NCBI GenBank assembly: GCA_028714635.1
Contig: JAQTLZ010000001.1
Coordinates: forward strand, 15,650 to 79,649
From: Minisyncoccota bacterium
GTDB lineage: Bacteria; Patescibacteriota; Minisyncoccia; Phycocordibacterales; JAQTLZ01
Direction: 5' to 3'
DNA length: 64,000 nucleotides
Part shown: positions 39,456-47,969 of the stretch, piece by piece
How positions within the stretch are numbered: position 1 is the first letter of the stretch
Layout of the letters: the number at the start of each line of letters is the position of its first letter
Made by a program: the position numbers and the translations under genes
The notes under the pieces: generated by a model
The model's database searches: none
The model's input: the letters and a program-made list of their open reading frames with translations, nothing else
What the model was told of the DNA's origin: nothing

Positions 39456-40622
39456 ATGTCTCAAACCAACGAGGTCAAACTTTCCAGGCATGTGCCATTC
39501 GGCTATCGGCGCGAACCGGCAGGCGAACTCGTGCCGGACCCCGTCGAGGCTCCCATTCGAAAGGAGCTTTACGAGCTTTTTCTCCGTCATGGCCGCAAAA
39601 AGACAGTCGCCAAATTACTGAACGAAGCTGGCCACCGCACGCGCGACGGGTCGCTTTTTTCAGACGCAACAATCGGCAGGTTGCTCCGCGATCCCATCGT
39701 GACCGGCGCTGCAACCTCGACGTTCAAGATCGAGCCGCTTATTTCGGAAGAAGTTTGGCGGCAGTGCCAGGAATTGCTGCAACATCCCGTTCCGAAAACA
39801 CCGGCACATCTCTTCGCCGGAATCGTCCAGTGCGCGTGTGGCACGAAAATGTACGTGCCAACGAACTCCGACAAATATGTTTGCGCGAACTGCCGGCGAA
39901 AGGTTCCAGCACGTCGTCTTGAAAACATCTTCTTCGACCAGTTCAAAACCTGCTTCCTGGTGCCGCTCGAAACCGGAAGCGAAGGCGGTGAACTGGTCCA
40001 GAATGTTCAAATCTGGCCGCACTTCACGCCTGAAGAGAAACGGCAGGTCGTCGAATCAATGACACAATCGATCGTTGTCGCTGATCGGAGGATCGACATT
40101 AACCTGTATTATTTGCCTTCGGTAAAAGACATGACAAATTGGCAACACGAACAAATTGGCAACAAGTCCGGCGAACGCCAGTCTACGCGCGTCCATGAAA
40201 GTCCGCTGCGGTTCAACGTAGATACCCGTGAACTCCGGCACGGCGAAACGTCATTGACGTACAAGCTCAATGAAACCACCCGCAACTTTCTCACGGTTTT
40301 GGCGCTCAATATCACAAACGGGATACACCTCCCGCTCGAACTCGACCGGCCCTTCGCGGACGGAGCCAGTTGCACAACGCGCAATGCCCTCGATACCCTG
40401 CGTAAACAGATCGGGGCGGTGATCTGCAAGCGCCTCATCAAAACCGAGCGCGGTTCAGCCACAAGGCCCGGCGGCGTCAGGCTTCAGAATGTAGAAATTG
40501 CTGGCGTTGGGAAGCGGGAAATCACTCTCAATCCCGAAGCTGTCCACGCCGCCAAATCCAACCGAACCGGCCAGTCCGCAAGGCAGCGCAAGCCACTTTC
40601 CGGTGAGCATTTTGAGCGTTGA
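39456..40622 (+). CDS. Serine-recombinase paralogue with the recombinase domain and zinc ribbon only (no resolvase catalytic domain)
   Basis: HVPFGYRREP...LVPDPVEAPIRKELYELFL (Recombinase domain) and CACGTKMY...YVCANC zinc beta-ribbon; no N-terminal catalytic Ser domain; AGGTGG SD. Confidence 0.55.
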   Translation: MSQTNEVKLSRHVPFGYRREPAGELVPDPVEAPIRKELYELFLRHGRKKTVAKLLNEAGHRTRDGSLFSDATIGRLLRDPIVTGAATSTFKIEPLISEEVWRQCQELLQHPVPKTPAHLFAGIVQCACGTKMYVPTNSDKYVCANCRRKVPARRLENIFFDQFKTCFLVPLETGSEGGELVQNVQIWPHFTPEEKRQVVESMTQSIVVADRRIDINLYYLPSVKDMTNWQHEQIGNKSGERQSTRVHESPLRFNVDTRELRHGETSLTYKLNETTRNFLTVLALNITNGIHLPLELDRPFADGASCTTRNALDTLRKQIGAVICKRLIKTERGSATRPGGVRLQNVEIAGVGKREITLNPEAVHAAKSNRTGQSARQRKPLSGEHFER

Positions 40623-40706
40623 CCTAGCCGAAGACCGGCGCATCACCGGCGTAAGTCCGGCGTAACACCGATTTTTATATTTTTTAACTCCCTTTCAAAT
40701 CAGGAC

Positions 40707-41120
40707 TTGCGCTTGGCGCCGGACTTCCAGCGAGTGTTTTCCATCAATAGGTATGGGGCGAACATGATTGCTTCGTTGCTCATGCCGCTTTGGAACGCCT
40801 CTGAGGGTCAATCCTCCATGCCGCACTCGCAGTCTCAGCAAATTCCAGCCACAGAAATACAAGAAATCGGCACAGAATCTTTCACAGATTTTACTGGACA
40901 GGATGACGCGGCTCGAGGTAATGTCCCTGTGTCCGCAGGACCGACAAGGCCGCTCGCGTTGAACAGGATTACGGACGAATTGCTCGACGATACGCTGCGG
41001 GTCTGGTCGGGAGCCTACGGCCAAACAATGACCGAAGACGATGGCGTGGAAATCCTGCTCAACGTCAAGCGTCTGGCCGAAGTGCTTATGAAGTCAGGAC
41101 AAAAAGGAGATATGCGATGA
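40707..41120 (+). CDS. Hypothetical protein, 4-bp overlap with the serine recombinase gene
   Basis: TTG start; no recognised family; alternative start at MIASLL. Confidence 0.3.
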   Translation: MRLAPDFQRVFSINRYGANMIASLLMPLWNASEGQSSMPHSQSQQIPATEIQEIGTESFTDFTGQDDAARGNVPVSAGPTRPLALNRITDELLDDTLRVWSGAYGQTMTEDDGVEILLNVKRLAEVLMKSGQKGDMR

Positions 41121-42712
41121 ACGTGATTGTCTGGGCGCGGGTCTCGTCCCGCGAGCAGCGCGAAGGATACTCCCTTGACGCGCAGCTTCGCGCCGCGCGT
41201 GAACGTGCGACAAAGAACGGCTGGACGGTTCTCAAGGAGTTCGTGGTCGCGGAATCGGCCCGGCGTGGTGCCGAGCGGGTGGCTTTCAACGAGATGTTTC
41301 AATGGGTGAAAGCCAACGCCAAACGTGATGGCATCAAAGCAATTCTGAGCCACAAACTGGATCGTGTCTGCCGCAATATGCGCGACGCGGTGCGCTTGCA
41401 AGAACTTGAAGACACCTGCGGCGTGCATCTGGCCTTCGTCGAAAACCAGTTTGGGCCGGGAGCCGCGGGCGCGCTGTCGTTTAACGTCATGGCCGCCGTG
41501 GCTCAGTATTACTCCGACAACCTGCGCAACGAAGTCTTGAAGGGCATGGATGAAAAAGTCCGGCAGGGCTGGCCCACGGGACTTGCGCCGTTCGGATACC
41601 AGAACGTGGAGAACCGCAACGAGCCGGTGGTTCCGCATCCCGTCGAATCCATAGCAGTGGCGCGCATTTTCGAGTTGTACTCGTCTGGCAACTGGACATT
41701 CAAAAGTCTCGGTGACCAGCTTGAGCGGGAGGGCATCATCTACCGTCCAAGCCAGCCGCGCTTTACGTCCTCGGCGCTCTCAAAGATTCTCAACAACCGA
41801 TTCTACATGGGCCAGATTATCCGCCGCGGCCAGGCTTTCCCCGGCAAGTACCGCGCGCTGATTGACCGCAGCGTCTTTGAAGCCTGTCAGCAGTTGCTCC
41901 ACGGCAAGAACCGGCGCACGGGCAATCCCGAAATCATGCTCTCCGGCGGCATCCTGCGCTGCGCGCATTGCGGCCACGCCATCACCGGAGAGTTCATCCG
42001 GCGCAAGCTGAGATGCGGCGGCGTCAATGTCCACACGTACTACAAATGCGGCAATAACAACCAGGCGCCGGAACATCCCAAAGTCCGCTGGCGCGAAGAG
42101 GCTGTTGAAGAAGCGCTCTTGCACGAGTTCCTTGCTCTGAAGCTGCCCACGCCGGAATCGGCGGAGTGGTTCCGAACAGCCTTGCGGGCCGGATTTGCGA
42201 ACGTGGATGAAAACCAGCGCCGCCAAAAGCAAATGTTGGGCAAGCGCACAACTGAATTGGTGAACATGCAGGACCGGTTGTTGAATGGCTATCTGGCTGG
42301 AGCCATTGACGAGGCAGTTTTCAACCGCAAATCCACCGAGTTGAAAGCGCAAGCCGTGGAGACTCAAAGCGCTCTGGAAAAGGCGGATGCGTACGATCCC
42401 GAAGCGGCGGAGCGCGCCCTGTCAGTGTTCGACTTCAGCCAGAATTTGGCCGAGCGCTGGCGCGGTTCGAACTATTCAGTCCGGCGTGAAATCCTGCTCT
42501 GCGTGAGTTCGAACCGGCTCCTTGGCACTACAACTCTTGAACTGCAAAAGAGAAAGCCCTTCGACGCGCTCGCCGAAGATCTCGTTTTGAAGATTGGTCG
42601 GGGCGACTGTACAGACTTCGAACCAACTTCTTTCATTGATTCATTCCTTCGTCCACCCGAACCGCACATTCTAACCGCTGCGCGATTGGAACGGGAGAAC
42701 ACTTTCTGTTAA
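41117..42712 (+). CDS. Large serine recombinase (integrase)
   Basis: N-terminal resolvase domain MNVIVWARVSSREQ...; recombinase domain (GLAPFGYQ); zinc ribbon (CAHCGHAI...YYKCGN); coiled-coil C-terminus. Confidence 0.85.
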   Translation: MNVIVWARVSSREQREGYSLDAQLRAARERATKNGWTVLKEFVVAESARRGAERVAFNEMFQWVKANAKRDGIKAILSHKLDRVCRNMRDAVRLQELEDTCGVHLAFVENQFGPGAAGALSFNVMAAVAQYYSDNLRNEVLKGMDEKVRQGWPTGLAPFGYQNVENRNEPVVPHPVESIAVARIFELYSSGNWTFKSLGDQLEREGIIYRPSQPRFTSSALSKILNNRFYMGQIIRRGQAFPGKYRALIDRSVFEACQQLLHGKNRRTGNPEIMLSGGILRCAHCGHAITGEFIRRKLRCGGVNVHTYYKCGNNNQAPEHPKVRWREEAVEEALLHEFLALKLPTPESAEWFRTALRAGFANVDENQRRQKQMLGKRTTELVNMQDRLLNGYLAGAIDEAVFNRKSTELKAQAVETQSALEKADAYDPEAAERALSVFDFSQNLAERWRGSNYSVRREILLCVSSNRLLGTTTLELQKRKPFDALAEDLVLKIGRGDCTDFEPTSFIDSFLRPPEPHILTAARLERENTFC

Positions 42713-42736
42713 ACGCTCATGCGAAAATGGCGCGGC

Positions 42737-43000
42737 TCATTTGAGGTACGCATGCACGATGTCAATCAACTCCGAGGCGGACTCTTTCTGTTTCTGCGAA
42801 CCAGTATCGGAAAGTTGATGAATGTGAGCTTCGATGATCTCCGCCATGAGACCGTTGAGCGCGCCACGGCAAGCCGCCGCGTTCTGGAGAATTTTGAACG
42901 TGTGCCGGTCTTGCGCAAGCATGTTTTCCACGCCGTTAAGCTGTCCCCGGATCCGGCTGATGCGTTGGAGCAGTTTCTTTTTGTGGCGCGGGTCAAGCAT
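42737..43000 (-). CDS. CsoR/RcnR/FrmR-family metal- or formaldehyde-sensing transcriptional repressor
   Basis: LLQRISRIRGQLNGVENM...C...H.H pattern; start taken at the internal Met; AT-rich, lower-GC segment. Confidence 0.55.
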   Translation of the reverse strand: MLDPRHKKKLLQRISRIRGQLNGVENMLAQDRHTFKILQNAAACRGALNGLMAEIIEAHIHQLSDTGSQKQKESASELIDIVHAYLK

Positions 43001-43118
43001 GAACGATATTACAATACACCAGTATAGTATTATCAAGGGCAGAAATCTGTTAAAAAGCAGCGCTTATGCACACCTCTATTCAAGAATTTCTGTTATACTT
43101 GAGGCGTTGTAAATTTAA

Positions 43119-46100
43119 TTGAAATCAATGACGAGAAAGGGCCTGAGTCAGTTTTCCATTGGGATGTCAGCTCTTTTGCTGTTGGCAATTTTCCTTGCTG
43201 CCGGGTCCGTTCTCGCCGTCCCGCCGGATTCACCGTACGCGCCGGGAGAGACACTTGATCCCGCGTGTGCTCCTGGGGAACCGAATTGCACGGTGAGCAC
43301 AATTTCCCCCTGGGGAAGCATTACGGGCACGCTTTCCAACCAAACTGATTTGCAGTCCGCGCTGGACGCGAAGGCATCGACCACCGCGAATATTTCCGGC
43401 TTCACCAACGACATCGGTTATCAAACCGCCGCAAATGTTTCCACGTACGTCACGGGGCTTCCCATTTCAACATTCACAAACGATGCCGGCTTCATCACCA
43501 ATTCTTCTTTGAGCGGGTATGTTCCGTACACGGGCGCCACGGGGAATGTCAATTTGGGCGCAAACAATCTCACAACGTCTGGCACGCTCTCCGCCGCTAA
43601 TCTTTCCGGCGTCAACACCGGAGACCTCACCTTGAGTGACGTAACGGGTCTTTCTCTTTCCGGACAAGTGCTTTCCGTTACCTCTGGCTATGCCATTCCG
43701 CTTACCGCTTCGACCACGAACTGGAACAGCTTCTTAGACACGCCGTCCACCCGTATCAGCGCGGGTACTGGCCTTTCATGGAGCGGGAATACGCTCAATG
43801 CTACAGGCGGTGCCGGCTCCGTCACCTCCGTTGACGCCTCCGGCGGCGCGACCGGCCTTTCCTTCAGCGGCGGCCCGATCACTACATCCGGCACGTTGAC
43901 GCTTTCAGGCATTCTTGGTGTGGGAAGCGGAGGCACGGGAACTTCCACCGCTCCGTCATTCGGTCAGGTTCTCCTCGGCAACAATTCGGGAGGGTATGAT
44001 TTGGTGGCCACTTCTTCCCTCGGATTTAGCGGTGGTCCCATTTTCGCTGACAGCCCTCTCACCGGAGACGGCACATCAGGAAATCACTTAACGATCCCCG
44101 GTCTTTTCATCAATGTTCCGAATAATGTCTATGGAATCGGGGATTCTGCGAATACGTTGGTTGGAAATACCGGAACTGATGTCAATGCACTCGGACCATT
44201 GGCCGCCCAAAGCAACATCGGCAACGATGTCAACGCTTTCGGAGGAAATGCCGCATACCAAAACATCGGGGCGAATGTAAACGCTTTGGGAAACAACGCC
44301 GGGAACGGCAATACTTCCGGCGACGTCAACGCCTTTGGTTCTTCTGCAGGTCAAGGCAACTCTGGCACCTCTCTCAATGCTTTGGGAAGCGGAGCAGGTC
44401 AAGGAAACTCCGGAGGAAACGTCAATGCTTTCGGTTCTGCTGCGGCAAACGGAAACACAGCAAACAATTTGAACGCTTTTGGAAGTGGGGCAGGCCTTTC
44501 CAACACAGGGACAGATGTAAACGCTTTCGGACAGTCTGCTGGATTCTCAAACACCGGTACCAATTCTAACTTCATGGGAAATCTGGCGGGCATAGGTAAT
44601 TCTGGAAACAATGTCAATGCTTTCGGAAATGGAGCTCTTAACAGCAACACCGGCAATGACATCGTTGCCATAGGCAACGGAGCGGGAAGTTTCAACACCT
44701 ACAACAACCTGGCTTTGTTTGGAATTGGCGCCACCGCATCTTCGAGCAATCAGGCACAGTTGGGAACAGACTCAAACCCTCTCGATACCTATATCCACGG
44801 CAACCTCTCTTTCACTGGAGGCTTGTATGACAGTGCTTCTTCACTGGGAACTTCCGGCTATGTCCTTTCCTCTACCGGTTCGCAGGTGCAGTGGGTGGCG
44901 ACCTCAACTCTCGGACTTGGAGGCTCGAGCGGGACGGTGAGTTCTGTAGATGCTTCCGGCGGTACAACAGGACTCACTTTCTCTGGTGGTCCTATTACCA
45001 CTTCAGGCACACTGACGCTTGGCGGGGTTCTGGGAACGGCAAATGGCGGGACGGGAACATCAACCACAGCGAACAACAGCATTTTTGTTACCAATGGTTC
45101 CGGCACACCATCATGGCGCACGACGCTCCCTGCCTTCACCCTCGGCGGAACAGTCACCGGCAACTCCCAAAATCTCACCGGCCTCAATCAACTCACGGTG
45201 ACCGGCGCTACTGCCACCTCCACGTTCTCGACCGGAGGCTTCACCATCGGCGGCAATCAGTTTGTGGTGCAGCAGACTTCGGGAAACATCGGCATCGGCA
45301 CTTCGGTTCCGGGATCGAGATTTCATGTTCTGTCCTCTTTCGGAAATTCATCCAATTCTATTTTCACCACAAATGATTTTGTCAGCGGTTCTACGGGAAG
45401 TGACTTATCAATTAGTTTTGGAGCAACCAGTGGCAATACATCTTCTGTCTTAACCGCCGCAACTGCAGGGGGCAGTTTATTTGGCGCAATGGAATTCGAT
45501 GCAAGCAAGTTTGCATTCATGAACGGCAACGTCGGCGTCGGCACCACTACTCCAGCGACGAAGCTCCACATCCTCGGCACCACCGAACAGCTCCGCCTCG
45601 GCTACGACGCGTCCGACTATGCTTCCTTCACGGTCGGCTCTGACGGCGCGTTTTCTATCACTCCAACAAATAGCGCCACTACTACCGTCACCAACGCGCT
45701 CGTAGCGTCAAACCTCTCTGGCACGAACACGGGAAATGTCACTCTGACAGGAGAAAATTATCTTTCGCTTTCCGGCCAGCAGATTACGGCGAGCGCAATC
45801 AATTTGAGCGGCTCGAACGTGACCGGCACATTGGCGGTCAACAAAGGCGGCACCGGAACCACCACCTTCGGCGGCGCCAACACCCTTCTTTATACCACCG
45901 CCGCCGATGCGCTTTCCTCCATCGCCACCGGCAACAACGGCGTGCTCATCACGTCCTCTGGCGGTGTACCCTCAATTTCTTCAACCCTTCCCGCTGCCGT
46001 GCAGGGCAACATCACCTCGCTTGGCACGCTCACAAGCGGCGTGTGGAACGGTTCGGCAATCGGCCCGACCTATGGCGGCACGGGCCTCACCTCCTACGCA

Positions 46101-47912
46101 ACCGGCGATCTCATCTATGCTTCAGGGTCGAATACGCTTGCAAATCGGATAATCGGAAATGCCGGTGACGTTCTTTCGGTTTCGGGCGGAGTGCCGACAT
46201 GGATGGCGACCTCGACGCTCGGTATTATCTCGTCACAATGGATCACCAATGGCCCGGATATTTATTTCAACACCGGCAACGCCGGGATCGGCATTGCGTC
46301 TCCCTCCGCCAAGCTTGATATTCTAGGCGCCACCGAACAGCTTCGCCTGCGCTACGATACGAGCGACTATTCATCACTCACTGTTGATTCAGGCGGAGGC
46401 TTGACCATTTCCGGTTCTGGCGCAAACAGCGGGAAATTATCTGCCGGAATATTTGCCGCCACCTCAAGCACAACCCCTTCAACCTTCAACGATGTTACGC
46501 TCGGAAGCCAGGTGGAAGGCGATGCCCCGGTTCAATTCGGCATTGATGGGAACGCCTGGACCATCGGCTATTTATCGGCGGACAAGTCATTCAGGATTGC
46601 GTCGTCAACAACACTCACGAGCAATGTCGCCCTTGCGGTTTTGAAAGGCGGATTGGTCGGGATTGGGACGGTCGCCCCCACTCAAACGCTCACGGTGCAG
46701 GGCGGAGTATGTGTTACGGCAGGCAACGCCTGCCCTTCGGAAGTCTCCGGCAAGATCGTGGCCCAGGGACTCATCGTCCAGAGCGCTTTTGACCTTGCGG
46801 AAAATTATCCGACGGCCGACGAGACGCTTTCCGCCGGGGAAATCGTTTCTCTCGATCCCGCAAACCCCGGATTTATCTTGCGGGCGGAACAATCAACGAT
46901 GACGCCGCTTCTCGGAATTGTCTCGACAGCTCCCGGTCTTACCCTGGGAGATTCGGCAAAGAGCAAGCCTATCGCGCTCTCCGGCCGCGTGCCCGTTAAG
47001 GTCAATCTCGAAGGCGGCGCTATCGCCGTCGGGGACAGGATCGCGCTCTCGTCCGTCCCCGGCGTCGGCAAAAAGGCCGCTCTGGCGGAAGAGTCGGTCG
47101 GCATTGCCCTGAGCGCGCTTTCTTCGCCGAATGGCACTGTCGTGGTCTTTGTCCAAAGCCGTGAGGCTGCTTCTCCGTCAATTTCTTCGCCGGGCGCTGA
47201 GACGGTTTCCTCGCTATTCTCGACACTCGCTCAACCTGTCGCGGCTGCTTTTAGATCTCTCGGCGTTGCGCTAACCGACACGGTCACTTATTTCAAAAAT
47301 CTTGTGGTCGAAAAGATTACCGCGCTCACCGGAGTGTTCGAAAGCGTGGATACGTATAATGCTCATATTAAAAATGATCTTGAGGTTGGCGGGAATGTTC
47401 AGGCCGGCGGGAATGTTTCGATTGACGGCGGGCTGCAACTCAAAGACGAGGCCACGGGCGAAACCTATTGCGTAAAAATCCGCAACGGCGACTGGAACAA
47501 AGAGAAAGGACTTTGTACGGCGGCAACCTCAACGCCTGTCCTTGCGACACCGCTGGTTGAAGCCCAAACCCCAACTCCATCTCCATCCCCGGCTCCTTCT
47601 TCTGGTGTGGGAGCGGAAGCGCCGGCACCGGCTGTTTCTCCGGAGGCAACCTCCACGCCAGATGCTTCCCCGGCTCCTTCCGCAACTTCTTCGCCGACGC
47701 CCTCCGCTTCACCTGCTTCAGATATTTCTCCAAGCCCGACTCCTTCTCCAACGAGTCCCGAACCAAGTCCTGAAATAACTTCATCGCCCGCGCCGGAAGC
47801 CACGACAACTCCTTCGCCTGAAGTGGCGCCGCCACCCGATGAACCGGCCGCGACACCAACTCCCGCGCAAGACAGCGCTCCAACTTCGGATGAACCTCCC
47901 GCAACGCCATAA
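43119..47912 (+). CDS. Giant (1597 aa) secreted surface protein with Hep_Hag/YadA-head-like short repeats and a Pro/Ser/Thr-rich C-terminal tail
   Basis: Signal peptide; ~25 tandem ~14-15-aa repeats (G.DVNAFG..AG.GNTG); a duplicated ~33-aa motif (TGLSFSGGPITTSGTLTL.G.LG..GGTGTST); C-terminal SPSPTPSPTSPEPSPE low-complexity tail. Confidence 0.6.
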   Translation: MKSMTRKGLSQFSIGMSALLLLAIFLAAGSVLAVPPDSPYAPGETLDPACAPGEPNCTVSTISPWGSITGTLSNQTDLQSALDAKASTTANISGFTNDIGYQTAANVSTYVTGLPISTFTNDAGFITNSSLSGYVPYTGATGNVNLGANNLTTSGTLSAANLSGVNTGDLTLSDVTGLSLSGQVLSVTSGYAIPLTASTTNWNSFLDTPSTRISAGTGLSWSGNTLNATGGAGSVTSVDASGGATGLSFSGGPITTSGTLTLSGILGVGSGGTGTSTAPSFGQVLLGNNSGGYDLVATSSLGFSGGPIFADSPLTGDGTSGNHLTIPGLFINVPNNVYGIGDSANTLVGNTGTDVNALGPLAAQSNIGNDVNAFGGNAAYQNIGANVNALGNNAGNGNTSGDVNAFGSSAGQGNSGTSLNALGSGAGQGNSGGNVNAFGSAAANGNTANNLNAFGSGAGLSNTGTDVNAFGQSAGFSNTGTNSNFMGNLAGIGNSGNNVNAFGNGALNSNTGNDIVAIGNGAGSFNTYNNLALFGIGATASSSNQAQLGTDSNPLDTYIHGNLSFTGGLYDSASSLGTSGYVLSSTGSQVQWVATSTLGLGGSSGTVSSVDASGGTTGLTFSGGPITTSGTLTLGGVLGTANGGTGTSTTANNSIFVTNGSGTPSWRTTLPAFTLGGTVTGNSQNLTGLNQLTVTGATATSTFSTGGFTIGGNQFVVQQTSGNIGIGTSVPGSRFHVLSSFGNSSNSIFTTNDFVSGSTGSDLSISFGATSGNTSSVLTAATAGGSLFGAMEFDASKFAFMNGNVGVGTTTPATKLHILGTTEQLRLGYDASDYASFTVGSDGAFSITPTNSATTTVTNALVASNLSGTNTGNVTLTGENYLSLSGQQITASAINLSGSNVTGTLAVNKGGTGTTTFGGANTLLYTTAADALSSIATGNNGVLITSSGGVPSISSTLPAAVQGNITSLGTLTSGVWNGSAIGPTYGGTGLTSYATGDLIYASGSNTLANRIIGNAGDVLSVSGGVPTWMATSTLGIISSQWITNGPDIYFNTGNAGIGIASPSAKLDILGATEQLRLRYDTSDYSSLTVDSGGGLTISGSGANSGKLSAGIFAATSSTTPSTFNDVTLGSQVEGDAPVQFGIDGNAWTIGYLSADKSFRIASSTTLTSNVALAVLKGGLVGIGTVAPTQTLTVQGGVCVTAGNACPSEVSGKIVAQGLIVQSAFDLAENYPTADETLSAGEIVSLDPANPGFILRAEQSTMTPLLGIVSTAPGLTLGDSAKSKPIALSGRVPVKVNLEGGAIAVGDRIALSSVPGVGKKAALAEESVGIALSALSSPNGTVVVFVQSREAASPSISSPGAETVSSLFSTLAQPVAAAFRSLGVALTDTVTYFKNLVVEKITALTGVFESVDTYNAHIKNDLEVGGNVQAGGNVSIDGGLQLKDEATGETYCVKIRNGDWNKEKGLCTAATSTPVLATPLVEAQTPTPSPSPAPSSGVGAEAPAPAVSPEATSTPDASPAPSATSSPTPSASPASDISPSPTPSPTSPEPSPEITSSPAPEATTTPSPEVAPPPDEPAATPTPAQDSAPTSDEPPATP
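44150..44720 (+). repeat. Tandem Hep_Hag-like coding repeats inside the 1597-aa gene
   Basis: Recurrent GTCAA(C/T)GC(T/A)TT(C/T)GG units. Confidence 0.6.
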
Positions 47913-47969
47913 TCCGTTTCTTTTGCCATCGTCATGCCCAGAGCGATTATCGCTTCTTAAAAACAACCC

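Noticed and set aside
43119-47912. Peptidase S74 intramolecular-chaperone domain at the C-terminus of the 1597-aa protein (prompted by the SAFDLAENY stretch)
   Set aside because: The characteristic S-D-x-R-L-K start of S74 domains is absent, so I do not claim it.
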